The translations under genes and the position numbers were made by a program. The notes beneath the pieces are model-generated. The model did not search any database, was not told where the DNA came from, and was given only the letters and a program-made list of their open reading frames with translations. A stretch of DNA of 64,000 nt from an uncultured Lachnoclostridium sp. (GTDB lineage Bacteria > Bacillota > Clostridia > Lachnospirales > Lachnospiraceae): the NCBI GenBank assembly GCA_964437345.1, contig CAYTGQ010000001.1:220-64219 (forward strand). The letters run 5' to 3'. Below, in pieces: positions 62,347 through 64,000 of the stretch (its first letter is position 1; each line of letters starts with the position of its first letter).

Positions 62347-62640
62347 ATGTTAGATTTTATTATTATTGCTATTATATCTGTTATAGTGGCAATTGGAGTG
62401 CAATCCGGAGGAAAGTCTTCCGATGGAGATGATAAAAAGAGAACCGTTGTTGTGAAAGGTATGACAAGCGGACATTGTAAAACAAAAGTGGAACAGTGTA
62501 TCAAGGAACTGGGTGGTGCAACTGCAAAGGTAAATCTTAAAAAGAAAACAGTAACTGTTTATTTGGAGAGAGCAATAAGCAACAAACAAATTCAGACCGC
62601 AATCGAAAAGGCAGGATATGAGGTATTAGAAATACGATAA
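62347..62640 (+). CDS. Membrane-anchored heavy-metal-associated (HMA) domain protein with a degenerate metal site
   Basis: N-terminal TM helix FIIIAIISVIVAIGV, then a ferredoxin-like HMA fold VVVKGMTSGHCKTKVEQ...KVNLKKKTVTV...IEKAGYEV. The motif is GMTSGHC instead of GMTCxxC. Confidence 0.7.
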   Translation: MLDFIIIAIISVIVAIGVQSGGKSSDGDDKKRTVVVKGMTSGHCKTKVEQCIKELGGATAKVNLKKKTVTVYLERAISNKQIQTAIEKAGYEVLEIR

Positions 62641-62645
62641 TTGCA

Positions 62646-62678
62646 TTTTTGACAAAATGTTATCTTTTTTGACAAAAT
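62646..62678 (+). promoter_or_regulatory. Direct repeat TTTTTGACAAAAT x2 upstream of the truncated MCP gene
   Basis: Copies lie at 62646-62658 and 62666-62678 (20-bp register), each containing TTGACA. Neither has a good -10 at 17 bp. A TGtTATAAT lies at 62714-62721. Confidence 0.4.
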
Positions 62679-62757
62679 CCTTTATGTGTCCAAAGAAAAA
62701 TGGTAAAAATTAGTGTATAATACGAATACTATATGACGGAAATGGAGGAGCTTTAAG

Positions 62758-64000
62758 ATGGATAGCAAGAAGAAAATGCAGAATAAAATGTTATTTACTA
62801 TGCTGGGAAGTATGATTTTACTTGTTATATGGCAAATTTCTATACTAAAGCTTTTGGAAAAAGGAAAGATAAGTACATTTGTGGCAATGCTGTGTATTGT
62901 CGGAGTATTGGTAGTCGTAATGGGTGTATTGGTTGTTCAAATCCGCTTCTTATTGGGAAAACTTATAAGCATTATTGGAGGAGCTACGAATTCCAATGAT
63001 GCGATGATGGATGAAAAAGCGAAAAAGCTGGCAGAAAGAGACGATGAGTTTGGAGAACTGGCACGAAAGATGCAGAACACATTTTCATCTATAGGGGAAG
63101 TTATGGAGGGAATAAAAAATGCGTCTGAAGATTTGAGCGAGGTATCTGATCAATTGGCTGAAATTTATTCTGGCATATCAGTGGCAGTTGACCAAAGTGA
63201 AGAAGAAGTAAAAATAATTACCAATAATATAGAACTTCAGGCAGAGCAAAGCATAGATATGAAAGAAAAAATAGATGCGATAAGTGTTTGCATTGAAAAA
63301 ATAATAGGTAATGTAGAATTACTTGTACATAGTTCTGAGATGATGTGTAGTTGCAATGATGGAGCAGAGCGTATTATTGAAGAATTGGTTGAAATCAGTA
63401 AAAAGAACAGCGAAGCTATGAATAATGTAAAACACCAGTCAGAGCTAACCTATCAGTCTGCACAGAAGATTCGTACAGCAACGGAAATTATTGCCGGAAT
63501 TTCCAATCAGACAAATTTGCTGGCATTGAATGCAAGTATTGAGGCTGCAAGAGCCGGAGAGCATGGAAAGGGATTCGCAGTTGTTGCAGAGCAGATACGA
63601 TTGTTAGCAGATCAGTCAAAACAATCTACCGGAGAGATAGGAGAGGTAGTAGAGGTACTATTGAAAAATGCAGATGTGAGTGTAGATATTACGGAAGAAG
63701 TATCATGTGCATTTTTAAAACAGAATGAGAAAATTCAGGAAACAGAAGAAATTTTAAGTTCATTAAATCAAGAAGTTGGTAAAGTTGGAAGCTTTATTAC
63801 AGAAATTACAGAAGAAGTAAAGGAATTGAGTGTACATAAAAATGTTATTGAGACAGGTGTGACTGCATTATCCACAGCGGCAAAGGAAAATGTAGAAAGT
63901 GTAGAAGTGACATCAGAAAATATGGTAAAACTTCACAAGGCTGTTGAAGAATGCGATGCTGTCATGGAGTCTGTAGTTTGCGTTTCAAAAGGCTTACTTG
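62758..64000 (+). CDS. Methyl-accepting chemotaxis protein, 3' end beyond the window
   Basis: Not in the ORF track because it has no stop in the window. ATG 62758 lies after GGAGGAG. Two closely spaced TM helices, then [40 protein letters not shown] (MA signalling hairpin). The frame stays open to base 64000. Confidence 0.9.
   Translation, partial: MDSKKKMQNKMLFTMLGSMILLVIWQISILKLLEKGKISTFVAMLCIVGVLVVVMGVLVVQIRFLLGKLISIIGGATNSNDAMMDEKAKKLAERDDEFGELARKMQNTFSSIGEVMEGIKNASEDLSEVSDQLAEIYSGISVAVDQSEEEVKIITNNIELQAEQSIDMKEKIDAISVCIEKIIGNVELLVHSSEMMCSCNDGAERIIEELVEISKKNSEAMNNVKHQSELTYQSAQKIRTATEIIAGISNQTNLLALNASIEAARAGEHGKGFAVVAEQIRLLADQSKQSTGEIGEVVEVLLKNADVSVDITEEVSCAFLKQNEKIQETEEILSSLNQEVGKVGSFITEITEEVKELSVHKNVIETGVTALSTAAKENVESVEVTSENMVKLHKAVEECDAVMESVVCVSKGLL

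Overview
Low-GC Firmicutes/Clostridia-type chromosome segment. The proteins look Lachnospiraceae-like, but that cannot be verified without a search. I call 62 CDS, 61 of them on the + strand, and no rRNA, tRNA, CRISPR array, transposase, integrase or phage gene. There are three blocks. (i) 1-23.4 kb is the distal part of a B. subtilis-type fla/che super-operon: flgE' flbD motA motB fliL fliM fliY cheY fliO fliP fliQ fliR flhB flhA flhF flhG, a PilZ gene, cheB cheA cheW cheC cheD, a small membrane protein, sigD, a FapA/DUF342 gene and three unknowns. (ii) The housekeeping string rpsB-tsf ... pyrH-frr-uppS-cdsA-dxr-rseP-ispG-polC is present, but it is split between tsf and pyrH by about 20 kb (25.3-45.3 kb, 17 genes). 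That block holds a DtxR-like and a Cys-rich Fur-like regulator; a small TM protein plus a P1B ATPase with an S-C-A transmembrane motif; DUF3793-flavodoxin; an MCP; a YesN/YesM-type two-component system with a YtfQRT/YjfF-like sugar ABC transporter and a second orphan binding protein; a CDF exporter; and a polysaccharide deacetylase next to a bactofilin with a ~300-aa polyacidic arm built from 42-bp repeats. (iii) 56.2-64 kb holds poorly characterised genes (SAM-MTase, DUF2974-like hydrolase, polytopic membrane protein, beta-CASP nuclease, degenerate HMA protein) and a truncated MCP. I cannot defend calling anything here a clearly new system. The best leads are: a shared palindromic operator placed identically at two promoters, linking the metal regulators to the flavodoxin operon; the SCA-type ATPase with its small partner; the deacetylase/polyacidic-bactofilin pair; the sugar sensing-transport-chemotaxis cluster with phased direct repeats; and the unknown genes occupying the swrB slot after sigD. 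All family assignments come from motif recognition by eye, with no database search.
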